From an uncultured virus (IMG/VR IMGVR_UViG_3300009703_000011) (lineage: Duplodnaviria > Heunggongvirae > Uroviricota > Caudoviricetes): a stretch of 64,000 nucleotides of DNA. The notes under the pieces were generated by a model. It was given only the letters and a program-made list of their open reading frames with translations. It was not told the origin of the DNA and ran no database searches. The stretch is taken from the IMG/VR virus record IMGVR_UViG_3300009703_000011; one strand, given 5' to 3'. The position numbers and the translations under genes are program-made. Positions 42,584 through 51,883 of this stretch are shown piece by piece. Position 1 is the stretch's first letter, and each line of letters begins with the position of its first letter.

Positions 42584-42660
42584 TGCGGGGTCTTCTAAAC
42601 GGACCAGGATGTTAGGCTCATAACCTTTCGATGCAAGTTCAAGTCTTGCCCCCGCCTCCA
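42584..42660 (+). tRNA. initiator-like tRNA-Met (CAT)
   Basis: TGCGGGG/CCCCGCC with 1:72 mismatch, CTCATAA loop, CCA; anticodon stem weaker than canonical fMet. Confidence 0.7.
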
Positions 42661-42917
42661 CTTAAGAGGTTTAAACATGGATTACGCATTTGTAAAAGAA
42701 AGAACTCGTAAGATCAATATGGTTCGAGATGAAGCAAAGTCTTTGCTTAAAGAATTTGCTAATGAACTAGAAACCTCTAAGCCTATGATCGTCAGTGATC
42801 TCAAGGAATATGGTCATGAGATTGCTGGCATTATCGTAGAAGACGTAAAAGTTTGGGACAATGGATCTATTGATCTTCATTTTGGCCCCATGCTTTCCGA
42901 AACTGACTGATATCTTT

Positions 42918-42956
42918 ACTGGAATAGTTCAAAGGTAGAACGGTTGCCCCATAAGC
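42918..42956 (+). pseudogene. orphan 5' half of a tRNA-Met (CAT)
   Basis: ACTGGAA-TA-GTTC-AAAGGTA-GAAC-G-GTTGC-CCCATAA-GC, then breaks off. Confidence 0.7.
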
Positions 42957-42997
42957 TTTATAATTGACCTGTGAGTTTGTATTTATTACAATAAATA

Positions 42998-43346
42998 ATG
43001 CCTTATAAAGATTCAGAAACTAAAAAACAATATCAAGCTCTTTATCAAAGAAGGCATTATTCTAAGAACACAGAATATTATAAAAACAAAGCAAAAATAC
43101 GTAAGCTTAAAATTTCAACTTGGTATAAAGAATTTAAAAAAAACATTAGAATGTTCTAGCTGTGGAGAAGATCATCCAGCTACTTTAGATTTTCATCATA
43201 CAGATCCTAATTCCAAAGATATTGCAGTTTCAACAGCCCCATCAAGAGGTTGGAGTATTGAAAGAATTAAAAAAGAAATAGAAAAATGTGATATTTTATG
43301 TTCGAATTGTCATAGAAAGCTTCATTTTCTACAAAAGCTGGAATAG
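42998..43346 (+). pseudogene. HNH homing endonuclease, frameshifted in an A8 run
   Basis: MPYKD... then CSSCGEDHPATLDFHH...EIEKCDILCSNCHRKLH in +1 frame after 43136-43143; own TTGACC-17-TACAAT promoter at 42964. Confidence 0.8.
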
Positions 43347-43412
43347 CTTAATTGGTAGAGCACAAACCTCATATGTTTGTAAGTAAAGGTTCGAGTCCTT
43401 TTTCCAGTACCA
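43337..43412 (+). tRNA. tRNA-Met (CAT)
   Basis: GCTGGAA/TTCCAGT, CTCATAT loop, CCA. Confidence 0.88.
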
Positions 43413-43413
43413 A

Positions 43414-43483
43414 CCGGAAGATTCAGGTACCCAATCCTGAGTAGTCCACCACTATGGGCTATTAGTTTAAGTAGAACACCCGG
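43414..43483 (+). ncRNA. circularly permuted tRNA-like module
   Basis: CCGG, T-arm TCAGG/CCTGA, GTAGTCC-ACCA-ctat-GGGCTAT, D-arm GTTT/GAAC, CCGG. Confidence 0.65.
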
Positions 43484-43639
43484 ATTTTAAATATGTTTGA
43501 AGTAGGTGACAAGGTAATGACTTCCTCTGGAGAAGGTGTTATTACAGGAATATTTGGAGATGGAAAAGTTGTCTGGGTACAATTAACCTGCAATTTTGAA
43601 TGTGTATTTGAAGCATTAAATGTAGATTTAATTATGTAA

Positions 43640-43713
43640 CAGAGTGTGGGAAAGTGGTATTCGGCTTTGTTTGGAACGAAGCAACGCAGGTTCGATTCCT
43701 GCCACTCTGACCA
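43640..43713 (+). tRNA. tRNA-Pro (TGG)
   Basis: CAGAGTG/CACTCTG, TTTGGAA loop, CCA. Confidence 0.9.
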
Positions 43714-43805
43714 GCTGGGGAAGATCCTGGAGTAACGACCAGGTATAGATTCTATGTATAAAAGCAATATTTATATGAGCGTAAAGTAACGCGGCCCCTA
43801 TTTTT

Positions 43806-43880
43806 GGAATGTAAGCTTTGCTGGCGAAGCACCCGGCTCTTAACCGGATGAACTCAGTTCGATTCTGAGACATTCCACCA
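43806..43880 (+). tRNA. tRNA-Lys (CTT)
   Basis: GGAATGT/ACATTCC, CTCTTAA loop, CCA. Confidence 0.9.
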
Positions 43881-43905
43881 ACCTATATCGGAGTGTAGCG
43901 CAGTA

Positions 43906-44550
43906 ATGTCTCTCAAGGCAGTATTCATCAGTGACACACATAATCGTCTTAGTGATATTATTCACCGAATTCCAGATGGTGATATTTTAGTTCATTCTGG
44001 TGATGCTACTGTGGTGGGGAATAGTATAAAAATTGCCGTTTTTGGCAATCACATGCGCAAATTACCTCATAAACACAAGATCTTTGTTCCTGGAAATCAT
44101 GATGTGTTGTTTGAGACTGATGAATCTCAAGCACGTTCTCTCCTCGGCCCTGGAATTCACTGTCTAATTAATGAGGGTGTTGAGATAGAAGGTATTAAGT
44201 TTTGGGGTTCTCCCTATACACCCTATTTCTGTAATTGGGCTTTTAATCTTTTTGATGATGATCTTAAGAAGATGTGGAAAAAGATTCCAGAAGACACTGA
44301 TGTGTTAATAACTCATGGGCCTCCGCACCTAGTACTTGATGAATGTCCTGATGGTAATGGAACCAAGAATGTTGGCTGTAAACACTTATTAAAAGAGATA
44401 CAAACAAGAGTCAATCCCACTGTTCATGCTTTTGGTCATATACACGAGGGCTATGGCACTAACTGTATAAATGAAACTATTTTCATAAATTCATCAATTA
44501 TGAATGGGAAATACAAAATGACTAATAGACCTATTATTTATCATATTTAA
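43906..44550 (+). CDS. calcineurin-like metallophosphoesterase
   Basis: SDTH, HSGD, GNHD, THGPP, FGHIHE motifs. Confidence 0.92.
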   Translation: MSLKAVFISDTHNRLSDIIHRIPDGDILVHSGDATVVGNSIKIAVFGNHMRKLPHKHKIFVPGNHDVLFETDESQARSLLGPGIHCLINEGVEIEGIKFWGSPYTPYFCNWAFNLFDDDLKKMWKKIPEDTDVLITHGPPHLVLDECPDGNGTKNVGCKHLLKEIQTRVNPTVHAFGHIHEGYGTNCINETIFINSSIMNGKYKMTNRPIIYHI

Positions 44551-44560
44551 GGGAAAGACC

Positions 44561-45235
44561 ATGAGATTGATGATTTACGATAATACAAATGTAAAAGCAA
44601 ATTTAAGAGATCTTAAATACCTGTTACCAAATAATTTAGACGTAGGATTTGACGATTTAGACTATACGATTCCTATCGGACTTTCTCATGAATGGACAGT
44701 TGGTGGTAGATTATATCGTGCTCTTCGATGGGTTGATGAATGTAAGGGTTTTTCAAATTGGACTGAAGCTTTGGAATGGTTAGCTAATGTTCATCCAGAA
44801 GAGAAGATTACTCAGATTCAGGTTTGGGGTCATGGTGCTCCTGGTAGAAGCTGGATGGGCAAGACACAGGTAAATGCCAAATCCTTTCAAGAACACGGTG
44901 CTGTACTAGAGGCTATTAAAAACAGAATGGACTCTAACAGTGTTATCTGGTTTAGAAACTGTGGAGTGTTTGCTGGTAATAAGGGTCAACACTTTGCTAA
45001 AGAATGGGCTAGAAATATGAACTGTGTTATCGCTGCACATACATATATTATTGGAATCTTCCAAGCTGGACTAAATACTCTTAGGCCAGGCCAGGAGCCT
45101 TTGTGGTCACCACTTGAAGGTATTGAGAAGGGGACCGCCGCCCGTCCTGTTAAGCTGAAGAATAGCGTTCTTGGCTCTGAGAAGAACATTACGTTATTAC
45201 ACAGTAAGCTTCCCAGGTGGGCACTGAAAAGATAG
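44561..45235 (+). CDS. hypothetical protein with GHG...C dyad (DUF4347/caspase-fold-like)
   Basis: IQVWGHGAPG and IWFRNC motifs. Confidence 0.5.
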   Translation: MRLMIYDNTNVKANLRDLKYLLPNNLDVGFDDLDYTIPIGLSHEWTVGGRLYRALRWVDECKGFSNWTEALEWLANVHPEEKITQIQVWGHGAPGRSWMGKTQVNAKSFQEHGAVLEAIKNRMDSNSVIWFRNCGVFAGNKGQHFAKEWARNMNCVIAAHTYIIGIFQAGLNTLRPGQEPLWSPLEGIEKGTAARPVKLKNSVLGSEKNITLLHSKLPRWALKR

Positions 45236-45452
45236 ATAATGATTTTTAAACATTGTCGTGTTCAGAAACAAGATCAGAAATACTCGATCTACTGGATCCT
45301 ATTTAGATGTCACAGTTGTAAAAAAAAGAATTTAATTAGAAGCAAAACATTAACTTTTACATATAAATGCATATGTAACTATGAAGATATTTTTATAGAA
45401 AAAACCCCTTAGGGGTATTTTTTCAGAATATTTTTTGGGAAGGTTTTTAGAA

Positions 45453-47642
45453 ATGAAGCTAGCAGAAAGCAAAATCAAGATTCACAAAACAGCTGACTTT
45501 GAAGAAAGTAGCTTCGGAATCGATGATAATGAAGATCTCGTACACATCTTTAATATCCTTAGGAATAAAATTTATACGAACAAGATCTTAGCGGTTATAC
45601 GTGAATACAGCACAAATGCTCAAGATGCTCATATAGAGATTGGAACTCCAGATAGACAAATTGAAGTTTCTGTACCGACCAAGCTTTCTCCTGAATTTTC
45701 AGTTAGAGATTATGGTTCTGGATTAACAGATGATCAAGTTCGTAATGTTTATGTCAAATATGGTAAATCAACAAAGCGTAACAGTAATGATTTTAATGGA
45801 CAACTGGGACTAGGTTGCAAGGCAGCCTTTAGCTATGGAGACAGCTTTCTTATTACATCCTATAGGAATGGTTTAAAAAACGATTACCAGGCTTATATTG
45901 ATGAAAGCCAGATTGGTAAAGTTGCCATGTTGCAAAGTCATGAAACCGATGAGCCTAACGGTATAAAAATAACAGTCCCCGTGAAGGAATCTGATATTAC
46001 TTCTTTTGGAATTTATTGTAAGGCTTTTTATGAACACTTTTCCCCTACACCTATTGGAGTCAAAACTGTAGAAAAATCATATTGTATATCTGGAGAAGAT
46101 TGGGCTCTTACTGATGATAGTAGTGTTCACACAGGCACAAAAGCAATTATGGGAAATGTTGCTTATCATGTTAACTCTCGCATCTTAAAGGATAATACAC
46201 CCACAAAGATCTATCAACCTCTGCGAGGACTTTGTGTGAATGGACTAGAATTAAGATTCGACATCGGAGAACTTGGAGTCGCATCTTCTAGAGAAGGATT
46301 AGAATACACTAAGACTACTGTTAAAAATATTATAGAAAAATTAAGTAAAATAGGTGTAGAACTGAAGGCTAAAATTAAAAATGAACTTAATGATGCTAAG
46401 GATATATTCGAAGCCCATGCAGTCTGCAATGAATTAAAAACTTATAATGGTAAATATTATAGGTTTAAAGATTTTATTGGTCATGAAGATCTTGTGTGGA
46501 ATGGAAACATAATAAAGGAAGCAAGATTTACGTTTGTAAATTCACCATTTGATCAGGGTGATGATAATTTGATATGTAAATCTATTACAGTTAATAAAGG
46601 AAATATTACAGGTGTCTCTCAAAGAACCCTATGTCCGCACTCAAGAATCTCTGCAAAAAACAAAAATCAGCTTCTTATTAATGATGGTGCTGATAAATGG
46701 ACGCTAAGGGTTCGTAAACACCTAGAAGATACTCAGATTCAAACATGTTATGTCTTTACTATGGAAGGTGAGCATAGTAAAAAACAATTTGAAGAGTTTA
46801 AGACTAGTAATTTTTTAGAGGATGAGCATTTTATAAAGCTATCTACAGTTGACCCGATCAAATCTACAAAGAAGCGTGCACTAACTGCTGAAGACCGTGC
46901 TAAGGTTTTTGAATTCTGTCTACCTACAGCAAAAAAAGCTGATAAGCGATCTTGGGTTCCTACTGATATTGATATAAAGAAACCTATTGGATGTCATATC
47001 GTAATCAATAGGTTTGAACCACTAGTTGAAGGGTCATCCATTACCAATTCTAATCTTGCTCGTATAATAGAAGATATCTATACACTTAGTGGAGAAGATT
47101 TAGGAGACAATCTGCTAGGTGTTAAGAAGTCTCTGGCTGAGAAGGTTGGTAAAACCTGGCCACTTTTTGACGACAGAGTTAGAAGTGTCTACGGTCAAGT
47201 CATAAAAGAACCAGAATTAAGAGAAATACTATCATTGCAAAGGGCTATAGATTCAGACTATAAACGATTCTGGACACGACTTAGTAGGGAGAAGATTTGG
47301 CTTTATGCAGATTTTAACAAGGATATGCTTGGAGGACTGGTTCTTAAGTTACAAAAGCTGTCAAAATTTATGGCAAACCCTACTAATTCAAAAAAGATTG
47401 ATGCTATTTATAGGCTACAAATATATTATACACTTAAAGATGCTTATATTAACTCCAGATCACAAGAACTTTTTAATAATTTTAAAAGAATATTGAATGA
47501 ATACCCACTATTGCAATCTGTAGGAATAAATGGTCAAATAACCATAAATCAAACCATTGAATATATTAATATGGTAGATAAATACAATCTACTTCTAAAA
47601 GAACAACTTCTACGGGAACAAAAATCATGTCAGAAAAATTAG
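45453..47642 (+). CDS. rIIA-like protein (GHKL/HATPase N-terminus)
   Basis: IYTNKILAVIREYSTNAQDAH, VRDYGSGL, STKR.SN...GLG.K motifs. Confidence 0.85.
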   Translation: MKLAESKIKIHKTADFEESSFGIDDNEDLVHIFNILRNKIYTNKILAVIREYSTNAQDAHIEIGTPDRQIEVSVPTKLSPEFSVRDYGSGLTDDQVRNVYVKYGKSTKRNSNDFNGQLGLGCKAAFSYGDSFLITSYRNGLKNDYQAYIDESQIGKVAMLQSHETDEPNGIKITVPVKESDITSFGIYCKAFYEHFSPTPIGVKTVEKSYCISGEDWALTDDSSVHTGTKAIMGNVAYHVNSRILKDNTPTKIYQPLRGLCVNGLELRFDIGELGVASSREGLEYTKTTVKNIIEKLSKIGVELKAKIKNELNDAKDIFEAHAVCNELKTYNGKYYRFKDFIGHEDLVWNGNIIKEARFTFVNSPFDQGDDNLICKSITVNKGNITGVSQRTLCPHSRISAKNKNQLLINDGADKWTLRVRKHLEDTQIQTCYVFTMEGEHSKKQFEEFKTSNFLEDEHFIKLSTVDPIKSTKKRALTAEDRAKVFEFCLPTAKKADKRSWVPTDIDIKKPIGCHIVINRFEPLVEGSSITNSNLARIIEDIYTLSGEDLGDNLLGVKKSLAEKVGKTWPLFDDRVRSVYGQVIKEPELREILSLQRAIDSDYKRFWTRLSREKIWLYADFNKDMLGGLVLKLQKLSKFMANPTNSKKIDAIYRLQIYYTLKDAYINSRSQELFNNFKRILNEYPLLQSVGINGQITINQTIEYINMVDKYNLLLKEQLLREQKSCQKN

Positions 47643-48493
47643 AACAACCACATATGCTTATTAGTAATGACTCTATTACTATTATCACAGAGGATGGACC
47701 CAGAACAACAAGAAGGGGACAGACTAACTTTATTAGTCTTCAAGAATCTATTAAGAACAAGGACTGGGATAGAGTTTTAAGACTCTCAACTCCACTCAAG
47801 GATTTGGTTAAAACTATTGCTGAAACAGAGAGTGGGGCTATCCGTGTTGTTGGTAATCAAATTCTATATGAGGATGAGCCTCTTAATGGTTATCTCGTTA
47901 CGAAAATCATAAGCTTCATTGGTTCAGGTTTACCCTTTGAACACCTACTAGCCTTCTTGGAAAACCTACAGTACAACCCTTCAATGAGGGCAAGGGAAGA
48001 GCTTTATAGATTCTTGGAAACCGAAGACCTTCCAATTACTACAGACGGTTGCTTTATCGCATACAAGGCTGTCAATTCTGAATGGAAGGATAAACATAGT
48101 AATACCATTGATAATTCTGTGGGATCTATTGTTACTATGAATCGGTCAGAAGTAGATGATAATCAAAGTATTGGTTGTTCACGTGGACTACATGCTGGAT
48201 CACTAAAATATGTGAAGGGATTTGGCAGCAGAAATGATAATTATCTCCTAGTCAAGATCAATCCAATGGATGTCGTTTGTATTCCAAGCTCAGATTCTCG
48301 CAAGTTACGTTGTTGTAAATATACAGTAACTGGTGTTATGAAAGGTGAGATGGTTCATCATGCTTATGATGCTGACGGTGTTACCCCCGTTGGTAATAAG
48401 AAATTTGATAGCTGTGAGCTTGACTCAATCGATGATGATGATTGGGAAGTTGAAACAAGTGACTACGACTATGAGCTTGACTGGGAGGACTAA
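47627..48493 (+). CDS. rIIB-like protein
   Basis: NPS.RA.EELY.FL...ITTDGCFIAYKAV...CSRGLHAG...K.RCCKY; adjacent to rIIA. Confidence 0.85.
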   Translation: MSEKLEQPHMLISNDSITIITEDGPRTTRRGQTNFISLQESIKNKDWDRVLRLSTPLKDLVKTIAETESGAIRVVGNQILYEDEPLNGYLVTKIISFIGSGLPFEHLLAFLENLQYNPSMRAREELYRFLETEDLPITTDGCFIAYKAVNSEWKDKHSNTIDNSVGSIVTMNRSEVDDNQSIGCSRGLHAGSLKYVKGFGSRNDNYLLVKINPMDVVCIPSSDSRKLRCCKYTVTGVMKGEMVHHAYDADGVTPVGNKKFDSCELDSIDDDDWEVETSDYDYELDWED

Positions 48494-48502
48494 GAAATAG
48501 AA

Positions 48503-49201
48503 ATGTATTTTTTAGATGAGATTTATAAAAGAATTTTTTGTGTAACATTTCATGAACACTATCATCTAGCTATGACATTTATTAGATATACAGAGGGATA
48601 CGAAGGTGATCACCCCATGTTCACAGAGAACCCATTTACAATGGCTCAACTCTATGAGTACGAAAGTAGACGTGGAGAAGATCTAAACTTTACATACGCA
48701 GAAGACTGGGGCGGATTCAACCTGACAGGAAGAACGATTAAGGATGTAATAGCTCGTGGTCTTATAGATATAAACAAGTGGGATGAAAAGTTCCTAACAA
48801 TATGGGCTAGATGTGTTGCAGAGTATCCAGACTTAGACTTCTCGCTGCTAGGTGTATCTAGATTCGGTCGTGATAATAGCGTTATTACACACGAGACTGC
48901 ACATGCTTTTTATGCACAAGACCCAGTCTACAAGAAGAAGATGGATAATCTCGTTAATAAAATTCCTCTGTATAAACTAGACAAAATCTTTCAGATATTA
49001 GCAGCTGATGGTTATACCAATATGGTATGGGTTGATGAAGTACAAGCATATTTTGCTACAGGAATCAATGGTTGGGTTGAATGGGATATCTTAGATCAAG
49101 AAATAGATTTAAAATCCATAATAAAACCTTTTCAAGAAGTGTTTAAAGAACAGACTAAAACAAAATTCAAAACACGTGTGTTAATTCCACATATAAAATA
49201 G
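48503..49201 (+). CDS. HExxH-containing hypothetical protein
   Basis: HETAH ... DEVQAY. Confidence 0.6.
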   Translation: MYFLDEIYKRIFCVTFHEHYHLAMTFIRYTEGYEGDHPMFTENPFTMAQLYEYESRRGEDLNFTYAEDWGGFNLTGRTIKDVIARGLIDINKWDEKFLTIWARCVAEYPDLDFSLLGVSRFGRDNSVITHETAHAFYAQDPVYKKKMDNLVNKIPLYKLDKIFQILAADGYTNMVWVDEVQAYFATGINGWVEWDILDQEIDLKSIIKPFQEVFKEQTKTKFKTRVLIPHIK

Positions 49202-49745
49202 GAGACGATGTGAAATTCTTTATTCTTACAAGTTTTTTAATTCTTTCAGTTGGCTGTGGCCAACCAGATGCTGAGCTCCAGGATCCCAGTGTAGAAACTG
49301 AGGTAGAAGACCAAGCTGTTGTACCTAATAGCTTTGTCAATTCCAGTACAAATCCAGAGTTCTATCCAGAAACAGGACAAGTTGCTGGTATGATGGGACC
49401 CTTTAAAGATATTAATGCAGAAACTTACACTATTGAGTTAAATGATGTTGCTATCTATTCCTACGCTTATCATGGTGAAGGTCGGGTCATGACCCAGCTT
49501 AGGTTCTTTAAACCTATTCACAAGTACCTAGATGAAGATACTCACAGCTTTAAACTGGATGAGAATACCCTAGAATTCTATGCTCTTGGTTGCCAAGCAG
49601 ACAATCTAGACTACTGGAACTATGATTCTCAAGCAGAATCTGGTACAATTAATATTGTTCCAGTAGGAGATGACACCTGGGTTGTCCAATACTCATTGGC
49701 TTGGTCTGGTGATTTTCTTAACGGATCAGTTACTATTATAGGGCG

Positions 49746-50378
49746 TTGATATCATTGAGGTTTCTATCTACTTGTTTTAAAAATTTTTTCCTAGGGATAG
49801 CATTAGCCTCTGTGCTCATGCTCCCTGGCTGCAAGTCCATAGAGGCCAGTGTAAAACCTAGCAAAGCTGCTGATACAGAAGAGAGGTCTTCTCTTGTTAT
49901 AAACAGAGTCAATGGCTTCAATGGTACAGTTCATATAGGTACGAGGCAGTATTATAAGAATGAGGATGTGTCTACGGCCATGTTCTTATTCTATGATGCC
50001 TGGCTCTCTACCTTTGGAGATAAAGACAAAAAGGTTCTAACTGCTCTTCAGAACCTTACTATAATCTGGGAAGAAGATCACTGGGTCGTAGAAGATGCTC
50101 TTATATACTCTGAGAATGGTAAACAAGCAGAGACAACTGATGTTTTAGTTATGGGGCTCGCTCAGCATAAAAACTTAATCATAGTTAGTGCTAGGTATAA
50201 AGAGCTTGAGAGATCATCTCTAGTCCATGAGCTGATCCATGTTGCCATCTGGCATACGAATCAGGAATCAGAAGGAGATGCTGATCATCTAGGTGATAAG
50301 TTTCCAGGTTGGACTAGGAAACACTCTGCTCTTCTTTCCTTAGTTAATGTAACTCTTGCAATTGTTATAGAAGATTAG
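49746..50378 (+). CDS. putative lipoprotein with HExxH motif
   Basis: LPGC lipobox-like, HELIH. Confidence 0.6.
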   Translation: MISLRFLSTCFKNFFLGIALASVLMLPGCKSIEASVKPSKAADTEERSSLVINRVNGFNGTVHIGTRQYYKNEDVSTAMFLFYDAWLSTFGDKDKKVLTALQNLTIIWEEDHWVVEDALIYSENGKQAETTDVLVMGLAQHKNLIIVSARYKELERSSLVHELIHVAIWHTNQESEGDADHLGDKFPGWTRKHSALLSLVNVTLAIVIED

Positions 50379-50393
50379 TAATATATCTCCAAT

Positions 50394-50465
50394 GCGGCGT
50401 TGTTCAAGGTGAATAACCACCCTTCCAAGGTGACTAGAGGAGTTCGATTCTCCTACGCCGCTCCA
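50394..50465 (+). tRNA. tRNA-Gly (TCC)
   Basis: GCGGCGT/ACGCCGC, U73, CTTCCAA loop, CCA. Confidence 0.88.
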
Positions 50466-50468
50466 TTT

Positions 50469-50575
50469 GGGTCTGTCCTGGTTTCGACAGGGGTAGGAAG
50501 TAAGTAATTGCATGTCATAGATGCTTATATCTATATAAAATAAATAAAACAGTAGATAATTTTCACAAAGAATAG
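50469..50575 (+). pseudogene. 5' fragment resembling tmRNA
   Basis: GGGTCTGTCCTGGTTTCGACAGG...GCATGTC resembles the ssrA 5' end; no matching 3' end. Confidence 0.45.
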
Positions 50576-50732
50576 TAGAGATGTTAGAGGAAGAGTTTTC
50601 TCTTGAACAAGAGCATCCTGACCTGGAAAGTAACAAGGGAATAACTCAAGAGATTATTGATGAAACCAAAGAGTATTATCTAAAGAAGAATTTACATTCA
50701 TTCACCTGTGACTGGTGATAAAGGAGCCTATC

Positions 50733-51476
50733 ATGGCTAAAGAACAGAGACTGAGTGCCCATCTGGCACAGCGTGATGGTGTTCGAACTCGCACTAATAA
50801 AGAGTTCACTGAAATTAAAAACGTATTGAAACGTGAGGAGTTTTTTGCTGGACTTACTAAATCTTACGAAAAGAAAGATGAGACTGGCGATGACTTTCCT
50901 ACTCAAGCAATAAGAGTTCGGTGTCGAGTTCTAGATGTTCTTGAACAACTTCGAGAGCTAGGAACCCAGCAGTTCAATGCAGAAGCAACAGTAGACAAAG
51001 GAAACCTAACCGCTAAAGCCTCTGTTGAGGTGAACGGTACTGTTATTCTAGAAGACATTCCAGTAGTCACCCTGCTCACCCTGGAACGTGATCTGAAACA
51101 AGTTAGAGAGTTTGTATCCAAACTGCCTACTCTAGACCCTGCATTCGAATGGAGTCTAGATAGTAATGCTGGTGTTTTCAAGACCCAACCTCTTCGTACA
51201 AATCGTGAGGCTAAGAAGCAGGAGGCTATTACTCTTGCTCCAGCGACAACTGAGCATCCAGCTCAAACACAGCTCATTTCGGTAACCTCTGTGGTTGGTG
51301 AGTGGGTAACAGTTTCTTCTTCTGGAGCAATTGAGCCTGATACAAAGAAGAAGTATCTCAAACGATGCGACACCCTTATTAATGCAATGAAAGTTGCACG
51401 TGAGGATGCTAACGCAGCTCGGGTAGCTGAAGTAGAAGTAGGTACACCTATCTTTAACTTCCTATTCGGAGAGTAA
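50733..51476 (+). CDS. conserved uncharacterised helical protein (recalled as DUF7873-like; unverified)
   Basis: AAGGAG RBS; F.GL.KSY...D..G, ATVDKGN..A.A.V, P...LL.LE, LPTLD...W, AT.EHPAQ, SSGA, AREDAN, FNFLFG. Confidence 0.75.
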   Translation: MAKEQRLSAHLAQRDGVRTRTNKEFTEIKNVLKREEFFAGLTKSYEKKDETGDDFPTQAIRVRCRVLDVLEQLRELGTQQFNAEATVDKGNLTAKASVEVNGTVILEDIPVVTLLTLERDLKQVREFVSKLPTLDPAFEWSLDSNAGVFKTQPLRTNREAKKQEAITLAPATTEHPAQTQLISVTSVVGEWVTVSSSGAIEPDTKKKYLKRCDTLINAMKVAREDANAARVAEVEVGTPIFNFLFGE

Positions 51477-51479
51477 TGA

Positions 51480-51882
51480 TTTCACTATAAGTTTAAGTTC
51501 ATTCTTTTTCTTATAAAATTTCACTGACACAGTGTAGGTTCGACTCCTACCCTCGGCGCCATATGCCGAGGTAGCCCAATTGACTTCGGTGACGGTAGAG
51601 GCATCGGTGAAATAGTTGATAAATTAAGCTTGGTGAAAAGCTTAAACGAGTACATGGAAAGAGTGTAAAATTTCAGGAACTAAATATTTGTGCCTAGGTT
51701 CGAATCCTAGCCAGTCCGCCAATGGACTGGTAGCTCAGCGGCAGAGCGGAGTATGTCAATTTCAGACCTGAATTAAATAGTATAACTCTTCGGTTGTATT
51801 TTAAATCAAAACACTTGACTAAAAATCAGGTTAATTCGATTAACTATCGGGGCGGTCACAAGGCTATGTGGCCGCTCCACCA
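51480..51882 (+). ncRNA. large structured RNA with two permuted tRNA-like domains
   Basis: domains 51518-51613 and 51672-51772; ends in hairpin + ACCA (51849-51882). Confidence 0.75.
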
Positions 51883-51883
51883 A

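Noticed and set aside
42918..43412. Group I intron in tRNA-Met
   Set aside because: No P7 core sequences or space for a ribozyme, and the downstream tRNA is complete without splicing.
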